Positions 9,892-20,852 of a stretch of 64,000 nucleotides of DNA are shown in pieces. Below the pieces are notes generated by a model that did not search any database, had not been told where the DNA came from, and saw nothing but the letters and a program-made list of their open reading frames with translations. Position 1 is the stretch's first letter; the number at the start of each line of letters is the position of its first letter. Source of the stretch: an uncultured Planctomycetota bacterium (lineage in GTDB: Bacteria > Planctomycetota > Planctomycetia > Isosphaerales > Isosphaeraceae); assembly GCA_963845755.1 (NCBI GenBank), contig CAWJTV010000011.1, forward strand, positions 640,001 through 704,000. Reading direction: 5' to 3'. Both the position numbers and the translations under genes were made by a program.

Positions 9892-12800
9892 TCAGTGGTA
9901 AGTCCTGGCGAGGCGAAAACCGCCGTAAGAGCCGCGGACCGACGGCTCGGTCCTGCCACGGTATGCCGACCGGAGGCCCGCCGGCTGAACGACGAACGTC
10001 CCGCCCCGAAGGAGACGAGGGTCCTTGTCAATAATAATTAATGACGGTTTTACATTTATTTCTCTATCTTCTTCTCCAGGCTCCCTGTACCGGTCCTGAC
10101 ACCACTCCCAAAGGTTACCATGAAGATCAAACAGGCCGAGATCGTTGGGTTTGAGCCTGCCCACAGGCTGTGTTCTGTCGTGCGAGTTCGCGTTATACCA
10201 CCCGTATTTTTCCAGTAGCCCCCAGGGCTCGCCGAAGGAATACCCCGTGGCCGCTCCTGCACGGCACGAGTACTCCCATTCCGCCTCGGTCGGCAGGCGA
10301 TAGCCTGTTCGGTCCTGGGTATCCGAGATCAGCTTCATGCCCTCGGCGTAATCTCCCTTCTCATTCGGGCCATAGCACCATTGGTCCTCGGGGAATCCCT
10401 CCTGTTTGCTCAACCAATTGCAGTAGGCGGCGGCAGCATACCAAGTTGCCGCGTTCATCGGGCAGGTTGGCTCAGGACTCAGAAGCTGATTGTTCTTGAC
10501 CTGGATACGGGGGTTCTCTTTCAGAAACCGCTGAAACTGCTCCACGGTGACTTCCTTGCTGGCGATGGCGAAGCGATGACCGATTCGTTCTCGATGCTGA
10601 GTCGCTCCGTCCCCCATATCGAACTGAACCGGACCTCGAACGATGACCATCGTCTGACCTTGGCTGTTGATGTACCATCCACGAGTGTTATCCTGCGAAG
10701 ACGCTGCACCCTGGTCCTCCCCGAGCGTGGGGAGAGGCAGTCTTGCCAGGTCTTTGTCGATCCCTTCGACTTGATCATCGTTCCGCCATTGACGGAGCAG
10801 CCAGTCTGTAGCTCCGTGGATGCCAGGATCCGGATCATTGCGGTAGAGGTCCAGGAATTTCTTCGCCCAGACATCCCGCTCGGTGGTCGAGAGCCGACCT
10901 TCCCCATACGCGCCAAGGCCAAGGATCAACGCCCTGCGAATGGAAACCTCGCCCTCTTGGTGCAGCTTGGCAATCAATAGAGCGGGTTCAACTCCCAGAG
11001 GTCCGAGACGATTGACCAGATAACTTCGCAGGCTGGGATCGGGACTGTGCTTCAGCAGTGTCCACGACTCCTCCATTCGTCCCATACGGATCAAGGCAAC
11101 CGCTGCGGTTGCCTGTCGCTGGTAGAACGTCTCCCATGCCTTGTTATCCACGTCAGTGGGTTCTGCGCCTTTTTGGGAAAGCGGCTTCTTCGCGAGTTCG
11201 ACCTCGAGAAGTGGAGCGGTCTGATCCGACCGTCTTTCGACACTGGGATAGAGTGCGGCGAACGGCTTCTCCGAAGCGTCTATGAGCAGCTCCGCCAATT
11301 CATCGGGCTGATCGCTCGCATATTCGGCAAGCGCACTCGCCGCCAGAGTTCGCTCGGTTTCGGATCGCTCCGTGTCACGGAAGATCGCAGCCAGCGGATC
11401 TCTCAGTTGGTGGGCCATGGGGCGAAGGGCATCGACCCAGCGAGCCAGCACGTAGGCATTCTCGGCAACGAGCCGATTCGCTACGTCGAGACGGACCTTT
11501 TCCCAGAGAGGATTCCTGGGTTCGTAGAGCGCCAATGCGCTGGCCGCCGGGAGTGCTTTCCCCTGATCTTTCGGTTCCGGCTTCTCCAGCACTCGCCAGC
11601 ATTCGGCGACGAGTGTGTCCTGATGACCGGCCAGGGACTGGCGAAGGACCGAGATATCCTGGGCGTCGGCACGGAGCAACCGGGCTTTCAAGTAGGGCAA
11701 TGGCCTCTCGTCCACGGGGAGCAGAGCCAGGGCGGCATGCAACTGCTTCTGGGAGTTCCCGGCCTCTCTGGCTTCGGCATAAGCCTGTTTCAGCAGCGGA
11801 TCGACCCATCCCCGGTAAGGTTCGAGCTCGACAATGATGCTCGGTACGTCCGACAGAGGGGAAGCCAGGAGTTTGTCCCGTAACATCTGGGCTTTCAGGC
11901 GTCCCCTAACCTCGTATCCTCCCCAGACCAGGAGGATCAGCACCGTAGCCAGGGTAAGACCTCGAATCCCATACACTCGCCCCGCCCGTCTCATCATCTT
12001 GCGTTGCGGATCGGTCCAGTCCTTCTTCCGGGTCATCAGCCGGATGGTCGCCCACTCCAGGGAGGATGGCAGGTGGCGGTTTTCGGGCTTGGCGTTCCAG
12101 GAGGAAGAGCGTTCCGCCAGCCGCAGCTCCGCACGTCCGCGCCGGGTCTCCCGCTGCTTGCGGGTTAGCCAATCTCGCAGGGAGTGGACCAGGTAGTCGT
12201 GGGTGAGCTGATAGAAGGATGAAGGACGAAGGATAAAGGATGAATCGGAACCAGGAACGGCCGATTGCTGTTCCGCTGGTTCATCCTTCATCCTTCCGCC
12301 TTCATCCTTTCCTGATGGGTCTGTCGGCGTGATCAGCCGTAACTCCGGGTCGAGGATGTGGATCAGGTCATCGAAGTCGCCGGGGCGGTTGGCATAGCCG
12401 GATGCTTCGAACAGTTCCCGACGGGACCTCATCTGTCCCTTGATGTCGGTGCCGCTCTCGGGCAGCAGGGCTTTCAAGACGGCCTGGGCCGCCTTCTGGT
12501 GGATGCGATGCTCGGGAGGAGCGGTCGAGGCGCTGAAGGTCTCTTCGAGGAACGTCAGGCCGACGCCTTCCGTGCCGCCCACCTCCCTGAGCGTGGCGGG
12601 GGTCCACGGCTTCCCTTTCATCATCTCGGCGAAGAGTGCCAGGCGGACGGAGATGACCTTGCCATCCTGGGCCAATCCCGCAATCGCTTGATCCAGAAAC
12701 GTCTCGTGATCCTTGTGGAGATCGCCCGCGCGTTCGGGCGATGCACCATAGGCCCGCCCGAATGCCAGCAGCACTTTCCGGGCATGACGGAGATCAAAGA

Positions 12801-14418
12801 GGTCCACGAGAGCGCTGTTCTCGCCTTCGACCAGCCTGACTTCCAGGTCGCGCATGAACCGGCTGGCGGCCAACCAGAAATCATCCCGCACCATCGCAAT
12901 CGCTTGAACGTGCTCGCCATCGCAATGACGGAGAGCGGCGACCAGCTCGGTGTTCTCCTCACCGCGCCTGGCATGGAGCCACTGCTCGAACTGGTCCAGG
13001 ACCAGGAGCAACTTCCGCCCGGACTGCAAGAGGCGACCCCTTCGCAAGTTGGCCAGCGAATCGACCAGCCCCGCGGATCGGGACAGTTCCGGACAGACCT
13101 TGCGCACGCCCTTGAGCAGCCGGGCTTCGGTCTCCTCCGGGGTCGCCTCGAGGTAAACCGGCAGGACGTGCCCGGCCAGCCGGGGCAAGAGCCCCGCCTT
13201 GACCAGCGACGACTTGCCGCAGCCACTGGGCCCGTAGATCAGCCCCACGCGAAACGTCTGGTCGGGATCGATCTGCTTCGATCTTTCGCTTCCAGAACCG
13301 GAGGCTCTCGGGCAGTCCGTCCCGGTCGCGCGGGCCGGGGAGCAGCTCCAGGAAGAAGTCGGCATCGTGCTCGTCGAAGGATCGCAGGCCCTTCGGCACG
13401 ATCTTGATCGGCTCGCTGATCGGAGTCGGATTGTCGGGAGGTGGGCGGGAGTGGAGCGGCTTCCAGGGTTGATCCGGGCGGCGTGTTGATGGGAGCCGCG
13501 GGGGCGTCAGGCGGGACCGTGGCTGCCGCGGCCTGGAGGAACACGCGAAGGTCTTCCGCCATGTCCCTGGCGGTGGTGTACCGATCCGACACCCGCTTCA
13601 TCATGGCCTTGAGACAGATCCGTTCCAGCTCCCTGGGGATCGTGTCATCGACCTGGCGCGGTGGGCGAGCCTCAGCCCGGGTTACTTGGTCGATGATCTC
13701 TCGGTAGCGAATCACCCCGGAATGGCCGGCGACCGGTCAGTAGCTCGTAGAGGACCACGCCCAGGCTGAAGATGTCCGAACGCCCATCGACGAGGTGCCC
13801 CTCGCCGCGGGCCTGCTCGGGGCTCATGTAGGCGGGCGTTCCCGCCAGGCCGCCCCCCTTGCCGAAGTCCTCGTCCTTGAGTGCCAGTCCGAAGTCGGCG
13901 ATCGAGGGTTGACTCGAGGCGTCGATGAGGATGTTAGCGGGCTTGATGTCGCGGTGGACCAGCCCCCGGGTGTGGGCATAATGCAAGGCGTCGGCGATGG
14001 TGGCGACCAGCTCCGCCGACTCCCGGAAGGACGGTCGAGCCTGTCGGATCCGGACCGCCAGGTCGCTGCCTTCGACGAACTTGGACACGACGAAGCAGAG
14101 TCCGTCGTCTGTGCGGCCGACGTCGAAGACCGGCACGATCTGGGGATGGTCGAGCTTGGCCAGGGTCCGGGCTTCAACCAGGAATGCCTCGACATCCTCG
14201 GGGCGACTGATGCGTTCCGGCCTCGGCACCTTGATCGCCACCGGCCGGTCGAGGTCGTCGTCGCGGGCCAGATAGACCCGTCCGAACCCGCCCTGACCCA
14301 GGCGCCCGAGGATGCGGTAACGCCCGATCTTCGTGGGATCGCCATCCGGGGAGCCACTCGAACCCGCGGCGGATGGTTCCAGGTCTGCCGTTTCCGATAG
14401 GTCCTTCGTCTCATTCAT
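9892..14418 (-). CDS. Ser/Thr protein kinase + STAND-type NTPase + FGE-sulfatase/CLec protein, copy 2 (indels near 13710, 13410, 13275)
   Basis: ORFs 13672..14418, 13239..13715, 12959..13399 and 9892..13365 join into a protein colinear with copy 1, with the same kinase, GPSGCGKSS and FGE motifs. Confidence 0.9.
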
Positions 14419-14759
14419 CGTTCGGTCCCTGACAGCGATCGATCGCGTTCAAGGCTGCCAAGCAGGGCCATTGTCTCATCCGGAGCGAGGATGGAACAAC
14501 GGTCCAGATCCTTGTGACATCGGGGTTCTGGTGACACTCATCGGCTCCTGAGTGAGCGTCTCGGCCAGATCGGCGCGCACGGGCTGGGCGATGACCCCGC
14601 GGCCTTTTCGACACTTCTCGGTGATCGCCACGATGTGACCACGGTTGTGAGACCGTAGTTCGGACGGGGACCTTTCACCTCGCACGTGAGTGCGACCGCC
14701 TGGCACTCCGGATCGGGCTAGAGTGCTTAACTTTTGCATTGCGCACGCCCTGAGGCGCT

Positions 14760-14866
14760 GCGAATTCACTCCCCCGAACCCCCCTTCGCAAGGGGGGGAC
14801 GGGAAACGGGCTTTTCCCGATCAAGATCCCCCCCTTGCGAAGAGGGGGTTCGGGGGGGTTCTTCGG
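14760..14866. repeat. Palindromic intergenic repeat (CCCCCCTT(C/G)G..AGGGGGG family), copy A
   Basis: GCGAATTCAC.CCCCCGAACCCCCCTTCGCAAGGGGGG...CCCCCCTTGCGAAGAGGGGGTTCGGGGGGGTTCTTCGG; a related copy with the same boundaries lies at ~19885-19990. Confidence 0.75.
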
Positions 14867-15034
14867 GAGCAGGCTGCGAGTGTGTGCCACCCAACTGTGA
14901 GGCTCTCTAACCGCATGATGTCACCGACACGTCGAAGTTGATAAATCTCGACTCGAGAAGCTCAGTTCGTTTCCGAGCCTCCCGGCCACTTTCTTTGCCT
15001 TGACGACGACCGACCCGACCGGACGTTCAACTCC

Positions 15035-16744
15035 CTATCCAGGCGTCGGCCCCAGGCACACCAGGGTGATGTCGTCGGCCTGCGAGTGTTCGGCGGAGAA
15101 CTCACGGATATCCTGGAGGATCGCCCGGCCGACGGCGACCGGCCCGCCAGACGACTGGGCCACTCGTTTGATAAGGCGGTGGTTGCTTTGGGAGTCGTAG
15201 AGCTCATCCGCGCGGCTACGCGCGTCGGTCACACCGTCGGAGTAGATGACGACAACGTCGCCCTGGTTCAACTGGACCTCGGTCTGCTGGTAAACCGAAT
15301 CCTCCATGATACCCAGCGGTAACCCGGAGACCTCCTGGCCGACTTCCTCCGCTCGGCCGTCGGCGCGACGGATAATCACGGGCGTGTGGCCTGCTGATGT
15401 CAAGGTCAGCTTGTGTGTGGAAGTATCGAGCACGCACAGGCCGAGAGTAATGAACTTATCCTCGATCCCGGCGGCGCAGAGCAGGCTGTTCAGACGAGTG
15501 GCGGTCGGCGCGGGGGCATCCTCGGTCAGGATGCAGTACCGCGTGTCACCGGAGAACTTGGCCATCATCAATGCCGCCGCCACACCCTTGCCTGAGACGT
15601 CGCCCAGTGCGACGGCCATGCGGTCGGCAGGGAGAGGCACAAAGTCATAATAGTCACCCCCGACCTCGTAGGTCGGCTGGTAATGAGCGAAGAACTCGTA
15701 GCCTTGGACGGTCGGCACGTCTTGCGGTAAGAACCGCTTCTGCACCTGCTCAGCGAGTTTCAAATCGCGGTTGAGTCGTTCGCGCACCAGGAGCGACTCG
15801 AGCATCGAGGCGTTCTGGATGGAAATCGCCGCCTGGCTCGCGACGGCCGCCAGGACGTCGAGGTCGTCCTCGTTGAACTGGCGGCGGTCGCTCGTGTCGA
15901 GTTGGAGAATCCCCAGCGCCTTGTTGTCCGGCGTCAACAGCGGGACGCACATGACCGAGCGGATTTTCAAGTCGGAGATCGAGGCGCTGCTGGGCAGGTT
16001 CTTGTCGTCGCCAGCGTCCTCGCTCAGCACCGCCTTCTTCTGGCCGAGCACGAAGTCAACGATTGACCGGCTGATGCTCGTCGGGACCTCGTCCTCGGGT
16101 ACGGTTCGGCTGAAAGACGTACGCTTCTGGGGGCGGTACTTGAAAGCCTTACGCACCAGTCGCTTGCTCGAGGGATCCTGCAGCATCAGGAAGAGCCGCT
16201 CGGCACCGGGAAAGATTTCCATCAGCGAGTCGAGGATCTTGGGGGCGACTGTGTCGATCCGCAACTCGTTGGAGAGACTTCGGGTGATCTCGAGGATCGC
16301 TTTGAGCTTCACTTCGGGACGAACCGCACTGGCCGTCGCGCTCGAGCGCGAGGCTTCGAGTGTGCGGAAGTCCCGACTTTCCCTGCCGTCGCTCTCGGTG
16401 ACCACCATGAGGTCGGCGGCGGGTTCGGGCTCCTTTGGCTTGGGCGGCCCAACGGGGTAGTAGACGAACTCGACGCCGCAGATGCTGATCCGGTCGTTCT
16501 CCTTCAGAAGATGCTCGACCCCCCCCTTGAGCGCGGTGTCGTTGACAATCGTCTTGTTCAGCGAGTCGAGATCGACCAAGAAGAAGGCCGGCCCGACCTG
16601 GCGGATCTCGGCATGCCGCCGGCTCACTCCGTTGGTCGCCAGAACAAGGTCACACTCCGGCAAGCGACCGATCACCGTCACGCCGCTTTTGAGATCAACC
16701 AGCGCACCGGCAAGGTCTCCGGTCACCCGTTTCAAAACCGCCAT
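15035..16744 (-). CDS. FHA-GAF-SpoIIE (PP2C-type) phosphatase
   Basis: FHA: IGRLPECDLVL...VSRRHAEI...DLDSLNKT. GAF: RSVMCVPLL...LGILQLD. PP2C: VGGDYYDF, GDVSGKGVAAALMMA, YSDGVTDA, DDIT. Confidence 0.93.
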   Translation of the reverse strand: MAVLKRVTGDLAGALVDLKSGVTVIGRLPECDLVLATNGVSRRHAEIRQVGPAFFLVDLDSLNKTIVNDTALKGGVEHLLKENDRISICGVEFVYYPVGPPKPKEPEPAADLMVVTESDGRESRDFRTLEASRSSATASAVRPEVKLKAILEITRSLSNELRIDTVAPKILDSLMEIFPGAERLFLMLQDPSSKRLVRKAFKYRPQKRTSFSRTVPEDEVPTSISRSIVDFVLGQKKAVLSEDAGDDKNLPSSASISDLKIRSVMCVPLLTPDNKALGILQLDTSDRRQFNEDDLDVLAAVASQAAISIQNASMLESLLVRERLNRDLKLAEQVQKRFLPQDVPTVQGYEFFAHYQPTYEVGGDYYDFVPLPADRMAVALGDVSGKGVAAALMMAKFSGDTRYCILTEDAPAPTATRLNSLLCAAGIEDKFITLGLCVLDTSTHKLTLTSAGHTPVIIRRADGRAEEVGQEVSGLPLGIMEDSVYQQTEVQLNQGDVVVIYSDGVTDARSRADELYDSQSNHRLIKRVAQSSGGPVAVGRAILQDIREFSAEHSQADDITLVCLGPTPG

Positions 16745-16895
16745 TGGACAGTACTCCGACCCGACATGGTCCTCGGAACAGAGGGCGCACGATATAGAGA
16801 TTATGGCCTGGCCGGACCGATTTGTCTGCTAGTCGGTTCGGTCTCCGGAACGAGATTGGCCGACGAGTGGCCGGTTGGAGAAATCGTTTAAACGG

Positions 16896-17067
16896 TCATG
16901 GGCGGGCTCGGAGGGACTCGAGGATCGCCTCGGCTCCGAAGAAACCCAGGACACGGTCGGCCCGCAAACGGCTCCGTACCTCAAGGACCAGGTCCTCGAG
17001 AGCCGCCTTGGTCCGCCGGGTCGTGTGAGGGATTGGCGGGCGATCGCACCCATCGACCCGGTCGAGG
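16896..17067 (-). pseudogene. Probable transposase N-terminal fragment (IS481-like HTH region)
   Basis: Manual translation LDRVDGCDRPPIPHTTRRTKAALEDLVLEVRSRLRADRVLGFFGAEAILESLRARP* resembles the DRSRxP...T...E..VL..R.....G...I pattern of IS481-type transposases; no start codon or catalytic domain. Confidence 0.4.
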
Positions 17068-17109
17068 GTACGCGTTCACACCTCGGTCAACAATTGTCCG
17101 AGATGATCA

Positions 17110-17410
17110 CTCGTTCCCACGCTCGGCGTGGGAATGCCGTCTGCGACGCTCCGCGTCGTCTTCGTCTTGGATTTCCAGCGACCCGTCGGTTGTCACCGAA
17201 ACCCAGGACTCCGTCTCGGCAGGGTTGCGGGCGTCGGAGGATCTCCCAGGCGTCGGATCGAAGGGGAGCCCCGCTCCACCGGGTTCTCGGAGATGGCGCT
17301 CAACTTCTGGCTCATCATCGCGTCGGTCCCAAGGATTCTCGGAGGCCTGACTTCGAAGAGGACGACGCCGAGCGTCGCAGACGGCATTCCCACGCGGGGA
17401 CCGCTGACGA
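17110..17410. repeat. Inverted pair of CTCGTTCCCACG..CGTGGGAATG REP-like repeats
   Basis: CTCGTTCCCACGCTCGGCGTGGGAATGCCGTCTGCGACGCTCCGCGTC at 17110 and the inverted GACGCCGAGCGTCGCAGACGGCATTCCCACGCGG at ~17364; a further half-site at ~17595-17619. Confidence 0.75.
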
Positions 17411-17473
17411 AACAACTTCCCGAAAACTCGCTGGTAAGTACGAGTCTGTCCTGGAAGCCTCAATGGCCGTCTC

Positions 17474-17539
17474 GTAGGGTGCTCTGTGAGCACCGAATTC
17501 GGCAAAGTACACCGGATCGGTGCTCACAGAGCACCCTAC
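17474..17539. repeat. GTAG-family REP doublet
   Basis: GTAGGGTGCTCTGTGAGCACC...GGTGCTCACAGAGCACCCTAC, a perfect inverted pair. Confidence 0.85.
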
Positions 17540-17886
17540 AAAGACCTTCCGAGATAGTCACTAAGTACCTCCGGAATCCGGGAAGTTATTTCGTCGGCAT
17601 TCCGAGCGTGGGAACGAGTCATCGCGTTCCGACGGGGTAATCGGCGGTTTCGATGCCGAATGTCACATAAGCTGACATTGATATTTTCTGATGCCTGAAA
17701 ACCAGGCATCTTACAACTGTTGACCAGGGTGTGAACGGGTACACTCTCTTTTCTGGCAATCTTGAAGACAGACCATAAGAAATACGATCGTGGTTCGTTT
17801 AAGATTGGCGAGGACAGTCGGGCATCGGAGAATGCAAGAACGGATGAACTCGAGACGAGAGTCGGCACTCGGGAGTCCGAGGGACC

Positions 17887-18336
17887 ATGCGCTTATCCAT
17901 TCCCTTCATCCCACTCAGCTTTCGCGTCACCGTCGAAAGACGGCCGTGGCGGAGACTGACAATCTTCGGCCTGATGGTCCTGATCGCCATCCTTGGCATT
18001 GGGCTGGGACTGGTCCGTTTCTCGGAGCGGCGGGCCAACGATTGGGCAATCGACCGGCGGGCTGCCGCGCGGCACGCCCATGAAGCTTCGTTCTACGCGC
18101 AAATGCTGAAGAACACCCGGGTCTATCAGTTGGATCACCCACGAGAACATACCAAGACCTGGGTCATCCATGGGTTGCAGTATCGGGTTGACCAGGACCT
18201 CGACCGATACCTCGAAGCGATGGTCGATTACCACAAGCGTCAGGCCGGGAGGCACGAAGCCGCGATCGGTCGTTGGTGGTCTTCCGTAGCTCCCGAGGCA
18301 CCCCCTGCTGCGCCACCCCGCGTTCCCTTCGATTGA
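17887..18336 (+). CDS. Hypothetical membrane-anchored protein
   Basis: RRLTIFGLMVLIAILGIGLGL transmembrane segment; proline-rich C-terminus; GAGG upstream. Confidence 0.65.
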   Translation: MRLSIPFIPLSFRVTVERRPWRRLTIFGLMVLIAILGIGLGLVRFSERRANDWAIDRRAAARHAHEASFYAQMLKNTRVYQLDHPREHTKTWVIHGLQYRVDQDLDRYLEAMVDYHKRQAGRHEAAIGRWWSSVAPEAPPAAPPRVPFD

Positions 18337-18378
18337 GGCGATTGACGGTCAGAACATTCGTCGCAGGAGAACTGACTC

Positions 18379-19815
18379 ATGTCGCGATGGAGACAGCGTC
18401 GCCAAAGGCTTGCGATGGCAACGATGTGGCTCGCCGTGGCGATCGCGGCGGTTCCCTTCCGGCAGGCGGCCGCCTTGATCACGGGCGGGGAAGGAAACGC
18501 CCCGATCGCGGACCCGGGCTGGCCGAAGGGCGCGGCCGCGATCTTCAACAACAAGGCGCGCATCGCCTGGTGGGAAGGGCCGCCCTTCGGCGGCGGGCAG
18601 TGGCATGCCGAGTATCGCGGTGACGCCAAGGTCTTCAAGTCCGTACTCGATGACTTCGCCAAGCTCGAGGTGAAAACGAAGCGGGTCATCGTCCATGACG
18701 GCGAAGGGGCGAGCTTCTGGCTCAATCCCGATGGTGAGCCGGCGAAGCGAGCCGCCGCGCGGATGGACTGGAGGTTCATGGTCTGGCAACGCGCCAACTG
18801 GGAGCAACTCCGCAAGATGCCGGCCCGTTTCATCCCCGCCGATGCCGGCGATGCCGAGACGGGCCCTCCCTCGCAGATCGATGTTTACACCGGCGGCACC
18901 CTGCGATGGTCCGAGGTCACCGTACCGAAGGGGCTCGAGGTCATCGATCAGCGCCTGGAAGCCCACGGATTCACGATCGCGGACGGGGTCGTGCTCGAAG
19001 GTAAGGTCGTCGATCTGGCGACGAGGCGGCCCATCGCGGCGCGGATGCGATTGCAACGCATCGAACCGCAGTCGAAGGGCGGATATCACGACACGGTCGT
19101 GGCCGAGGCCGTCGCCGATGTACAGGGCCGATGGGTCCTGAAGCGGGCACCCGCGGGTTGGTATCAACTGGTGATCGAGGCGGACGGCTACGTCCCGCGG
19201 ATCGCGGGTTACGCGCGGTTCGACAATCAGCCCCTCTGGCAATCTTACGATAGCGGCCTGTCGCGTCCCGGGCCGGTCTCGGGGCGGGTCGCCGATCACG
19301 ACGGCCGGCCGCTGGTGGGCGTCGAGGTGCATATCGAAGACATCGAGCCGGATGGGGGTGGACGCTATGAATCGCCGCGGGAGGATCCCGTCCGAACCGA
19401 CGCCGACGGCCGCTTCCGCTCGGATCGGCTTCCCATCGGGCGAGCCAGGATCTGGCTCCAGAAATCCGGCTATTGCCGCCTGGGATTGGGCAAGCCGATC
19501 GTGTTGCCGACGAAGGACCTCGAGCTCACGATGATCAAGGCGGCTCAGGTGCGCGTCACGGTCAACTTCTCCGGGACCGATCGTCCCACGGAGTACCTCG
19601 TGCATCTGGAGCCGGAAGGCGGCGAGGCCGTCGGCAAATGGTCGGGGTCGGGGGCCATCGACGCGAAGAATCAGATCGCGTTCGACGACGTGCCGCCGGG
19701 ACGGTATGTCCTCCAGGGACGGCCGAACCCCGGCCGGGTCGATCAGCAGACGCCGCCGATGCCGATCATCCTGAACGTCGGCCGGACGACCGAGGTCACG
19801 CTACGGGCCAAGTGA
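18379..19815 (+). CDS. Secreted protein with carboxypeptidase-regulatory-like (prealbumin-fold) repeats
   Basis: AGGAG RBS and signal peptide; motifs GKVVDLATRRPI, SGRVADHDGRPLVGVEV, TDADGRFR, FDDVPPGRYVL. Confidence 0.75.
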   Translation: MSRWRQRRQRLAMATMWLAVAIAAVPFRQAAALITGGEGNAPIADPGWPKGAAAIFNNKARIAWWEGPPFGGGQWHAEYRGDAKVFKSVLDDFAKLEVKTKRVIVHDGEGASFWLNPDGEPAKRAAARMDWRFMVWQRANWEQLRKMPARFIPADAGDAETGPPSQIDVYTGGTLRWSEVTVPKGLEVIDQRLEAHGFTIADGVVLEGKVVDLATRRPIAARMRLQRIEPQSKGGYHDTVVAEAVADVQGRWVLKRAPAGWYQLVIEADGYVPRIAGYARFDNQPLWQSYDSGLSRPGPVSGRVADHDGRPLVGVEVHIEDIEPDGGGRYESPREDPVRTDADGRFRSDRLPIGRARIWLQKSGYCRLGLGKPIVLPTKDLELTMIKAAQVRVTVNFSGTDRPTEYLVHLEPEGGEAVGKWSGSGAIDAKNQIAFDDVPPGRYVLQGRPNPGRVDQQTPPMPIILNVGRTTEVTLRAK

Positions 19816-19884
19816 AGTCCGGCGGCGAATCGTCGTCGGATTCAGAGCGCGTAACACTTGCGTGGCGCAGACCCGAGGGTCGAT

Positions 19885-19990
19885 GCGAATTCACCCCCCT
19901 GTATCCCCCCTTCGTAAGGGCGGAGGATTGAGACGGAGCGACCCACTCCCCTTCCCCCCTACGAAGGGGGGATACAGGGGGGTTCTTCGG
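19885..19990. repeat. Palindromic intergenic repeat, copy B
   Basis: GCGAATTCACCCCCCTGTATCCCCCCTTCGTAAGGG...CCCCCCTACGAAGGGGGGATACAGGGGGGTTCTTCGG. Confidence 0.75.
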
Positions 19991-20056
19991 AAGAGGGCTT
20001 CGACCGTGCGCAACGCAACTGATAAGCGCTCTACCATCAACAACGGAGCCTCGATC

Positions 20057-20756
20057 ATGAACGCACGTCGCTCGATCGCCATTCTCGCGATCCTCGCGAA
20101 CTCCTGCCTCGCGGCGAGGGCCCAGGATCACCTGGAACCCGAGGAAGGCGCCATCAACACGGCCGATTACCACTTCAGTTACGCGACGAAGATTCGGGAG
20201 ACATTGCTGAAGGGCGGCTCCGACCTATTATCGGGCACGGATGATCTGCCTTCATGCGTTCCAGCCGGAATGGGTCGTCACGGTGATCAGGGAGGACAAA
20301 GGGGGGCTGACCCCCGACGACCAGCCTGCCTACGTCGTGGAATTCGCCCTCGCCGAGGAGAAACTCTGGTCCGCGAAGGATTATCGGAGCATCGCGGTCA
20401 AGCGAGCGCGGGTGCCGATCGATCGGGAGAGCGCCGAGGCCGTTCATGAGGTCTGGCGGCGGATGTTGCGCGGGGTCCGATACCCGAAGGAGCGCCGGTA
20501 CGGAAAAGACGGCGTGGACTACCTCTTCTCCCGGCGCGTGTCCGTCAGCGAGGCAGGAGACCTGGCCGGCTTCGAAGACGGGACGATCTGGACGCCCGAC
20601 GCCGGATCGTTGACAGGCGACCTGGCCGCGATCGGAGAACGATTGAAGACGTATACACTCGCCAAACCCGACGACCGCGATAAGGTCCGGCTGGAGATCC
20701 GGGACAAGGCCAGGCTCCTGAAGGCCAGGCTCGATCGGCCCCGGCCGACGGAATGA
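20057..20756 (+). CDS. Hypothetical secreted protein (indel near 20230)
   Basis: GGAG before MNARRSIAILAILANSCLAARAQDHLEPEEG; continues in ORF 20241..20756. Confidence 0.6.
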
Positions 20757-20852
20757 AGGCGGTTGCCGGGATCAAATCGGTGTGAATCGGAAGGCTCACA
20801 AAGGAGTTAACGGAGCGTCTTGTGTTATGGGCACTTCCATGGATGCCTTTCC

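Noticed and set aside
16875..17640. ORFs containing SHARRGNAVCDA / AWECRLRRSAS peptides
   Set aside because: Translations of the CTCGTTCCCACG palindromic repeats; the same peptides recur at ~20850.
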